DNA from: Bacillota bacterium
GTDB taxonomy: Bacteria; Bacillota; PH28-bin88
Reading direction: 5' to 3'
Assembly (NCBI GenBank): GCA_040757295.1
Contig: JBFLXH010000009.1
Coordinates: forward strand, 3,800-67,799
DNA: 64,000 nt
The notes beneath the pieces are model-generated. The model was not told where the DNA came from and searched no databases. It saw nothing but the letters and a program-made list of their open reading frames with translations. The position numbers and the translations under genes were made by a program. Of the stretch, positions 61,980-64,000 are shown in pieces. The stretch's first letter is position 1, and each line of letters starts with the position of its first letter.

Positions 61980-62618
61980 TCAATTTATCCATAGCAATAA
62001 TCTCACGGGAAGGTTTTTTACCCGTTTCTCCAGGGCTACCAGCGGATTGGACAAATACCTTGCCAGCCCAAGAGAAGTTAACCAACTAAGCAGAAAGACC
62101 AAAATCATAATAAAAACTAATCTTCTAAACAGGGTTTGCACCAGATCCTCACGATAGGAGTCCCACATATACGAGACTAGAAAAACGTCGTGCCCCCATG
62201 CTGTACCCTTTGTTATCACATAAAATATTTTTCTGTCATCAACTTGACCACTATAGCGCTGGGTATCTAATGTTTGCTCCTTAACCTCACTGGCGACCTT
62301 CCGCAAGAACTCTAGGGGCAGGCGAGGGGACATGATAGCCTGGTCTTCACCCGATACTAAAAAATGATTAACGGAGCGAATGTTTTGCATCTGCTGCCTC
62401 CGGTCTTGGGAAAAACCGGCTTCCCAGGCCTCTCTGGAAAGCTCGTTGTGGAAACGATTAAACATAATACTTTGGGCGTTCTCGATGGTTGCATAAATTT
62501 CTCTGGTAAAGAAGTCCCGCAAAGTCCAAGGGAACAAAACGGTTAATAAAATAGAAATGCAAAGGATAATAGCAGCAAAAACCAACCAGATCTGCAAAGA
62601 TAATGGAAGGTTTTTCAT
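61980..62618 (-). pseudogene. Truncated sensor histidine kinase (N-terminal sensor/TM portion only)
   Basis: Two TM helices flank a ~150-aa extracytoplasmic domain. ORF ends ~20 aa after TM2, with no HAMP/HisKA/HATPase region and only a terminator downstream. Confidence 0.55.
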
Positions 62619-63299
62619 GACTTCAGCATCCGGTAACCATATCCGTAAATCGTTTCAATTCGCAGTTCGAGCATTTTTTTGCGTAACCGTCTGACCAAAT
62701 CATCAACAACCCGATCTGTTCCGAAATAATCGTCGCCCCAGATATGATTGAGAATTTGCTCCCGGGATAAGGCTTGTCCCTGGTTTTTTACAAAGTAGAG
62801 TAAGTAGTCAAATTCTTTGGAAGTCAGTTCAATAAATTCGTCCCCAAACCTAACCGTTCTGCTTGCTTCATTGATGTAATACGGGGGAATTGTTATGGTT
62901 GACGTCTTGCCATGTTTGCAGGATCTGTATATACCCGCTCCAGCAGTTTGCGGGCTCGGATAACCAACTCGCGAGGCAAAAATGGCTTGGGCAAATAATC
63001 ATCACTACCCATTTCCAGGCCAACAACCCGGTCAATATCAGCATCCCGGGCAGAAAAAAAGATTATCGGGATATGATTTGATTCAGCTCTAATTTCCCTT
63101 ATTAGCTGAAAACCGTCAATATCAGCATAATGTCCAGTATCCATAAGTCAGGGGGGTTCCAAAATGCCTGTCTTGCTCCTTCTCCAGTGAAAAAAGAACA
63201 AACCTGCCACCCCTCTTTTTCTAAATAAGAAGTTAAGACCGAATTCAAATTATCATCATCTTCAACCAAATAAATACGAAAAGACATACTGTTTACCAC
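62615..63299 (-). pseudogene. OmpR-family response regulator disrupted by two frameshifts
   Basis: Receiver N-part 63299..63102, receiver C-part 63144..62893, and wHTH 'ELTSKEFDYLLYFVKNQGQALSREQILNHIWG...GYGYRM' in a third frame at ~62890..62615. A 4-nt deletion relative to the expected 'IMLPDIDG' is inferred at the first junction. Confidence 0.55.
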
Positions 63300-63392
63300 C
63301 TCTATTAGAAATTATAAATTATAGCAAAAAGGACGTGTTTTTTGATCACGTCCTTATTACTTCCTTAATTGTCCAGGGAGGTGGTAATCTTA

Positions 63393-63998
63393 TTATCGGG
63401 TTTTCCTGTTTGGCAATCTTTCCTGTTTTAATTTCATCATTTCTTCCCGAAACTGTTCCGGGGTGATATCGCCATTTTCCAATTTATTCTTGAGGTTATC
63501 TAATACTGCTTTTAATTCTTCAGGAAGTACCCCTTTTTTGACCTGCCATTTGACCCCTTCTTTGAACTGAAGCTTTTCTGGCTTTAATTTCATCATTTCT
63601 TCGCGAAACGCTTCAGGGGTGATATCGCCGCTCTCAAGCTTAGTCTTTAGGCTCTCAAATTCTGCTTTTAATTCTTTGGGAATTGCTCCCTTAGGGTGTC
63701 CTTTAACCCCTCTTTTGAGGTGAAATTTCTCCGGCATTAATTGCATCATTTCTTCCCGAAACTGTTCATTGGTAATTTCGCCGCTTTCAAGCTTACTCTT
63801 AAGATCATCAATTTTTATTTTCAGTTCTGGAGACAATGCGCGGCCTTTGTTTTGCCATTGTTTTGCTGCCAGCCCGCCTTCGAAACCCATTTTCTCTCCG
63901 GATTTCATGCGCTCCGCCGTGGCTCCCCGTGGCTTGCCGAATTTAACCCCATTTTCATTTGTGTTTATACTGCTAGTTGCAAATGCTGCTGTAGGCAC
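63393..63998 (-). CDS. Protein with three ~50-aa tandem repeats (LPEELKA..L..LKNKLENGDITPEQFREEMMKLK); function unknown
   Basis: Three internal repeats at protein level and ~150-bp repeats at DNA level. ORF may extend past the window edge. Confidence 0.5.
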   Translation of the reverse strand: MPTAAFATSSINTNENGVKFGKPRGATAERMKSGEKMGFEGGLAAKQWQNKGRALSPELKIKIDDLKSKLESGEITNEQFREEMMQLMPEKFHLKRGVKGHPKGAIPKELKAEFESLKTKLESGDITPEAFREEMMKLKPEKLQFKEGVKWQVKKGVLPEELKAVLDNLKNKLENGDITPEQFREEMMKLKQERLPNRKTR

Positions 63999-64000
63999 CA

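Overview
This 64-kb window is a chromosomal segment from a Gram-positive, Clostridia-like genome with about 50% GC. Gene order and RBS usage are Firmicute-typical. The family names given for proteins are pattern-recognition calls made by eye, because no database search was possible. Most of the window is conserved core genome.

Core-genome blocks, in order:
- The division-associated ylm cluster (yggS, sepF, proC, yggT, ylmH, divIVA), followed by ileS behind a textbook T-box leader.
- lspA-rluD and hslO.
- A partial pyrimidine operon (pyrR-pyrB-pyrC-carA-carB-pyrF) with two PyrR attenuator motifs.
- The ylo cluster: a Ca-ATPase, dapF, yicC, remA, gmk, rpoZ, coaBC, metK.

Loci that look accessory or unusual:
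1. A catalytically degenerate PNP/MTAN-fold gene between divIVA and the ileS T-box.
2. Two PduL phosphotransacylase paralogs 4 kb apart, with no microcompartment shell genes nearby.
3. A compact module of an orphan, motif-permuted PF01555-type DNA methyltransferase, a nitroreductase, and a 683-aa protein with four HARE-HTH-like winged-helix repeats plus a long coiled coil. This is the most novel-looking candidate system in the window.
4. A corrinoid methyltransferase remnant: an ASKHA-fold (acetate/sugar kinase/Hsp70/actin) ATPase-like protein, an MtaC-type corrinoid protein and an AcsE-like methyl-THF methyltransferase, with no substrate-specific methyltransferase I (MT-I) visible.
5. A 14-kb catabolic island. 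Two paralogous TAXI-type TRAP transporters flank a class-III aminotransferase, a beta-keto acid cleavage enzyme (BKACE/Kce family), CoA-transferase A/B subunits and a divergent RpiR regulator. The island also contains an unannotated 40-aa Phe/Gly-rich peptide gene, and a terminator followed by a perfect 2x35-bp tandem repeat ahead of the second TRAP permease.
6. A decayed two-component system (response regulator with two frameshifts, histidine kinase truncated after its sensor domain) downstream of a protein built from three ~50-aa tandem repeats.

No rRNA, tRNA, CRISPR or obvious mobile element was found.
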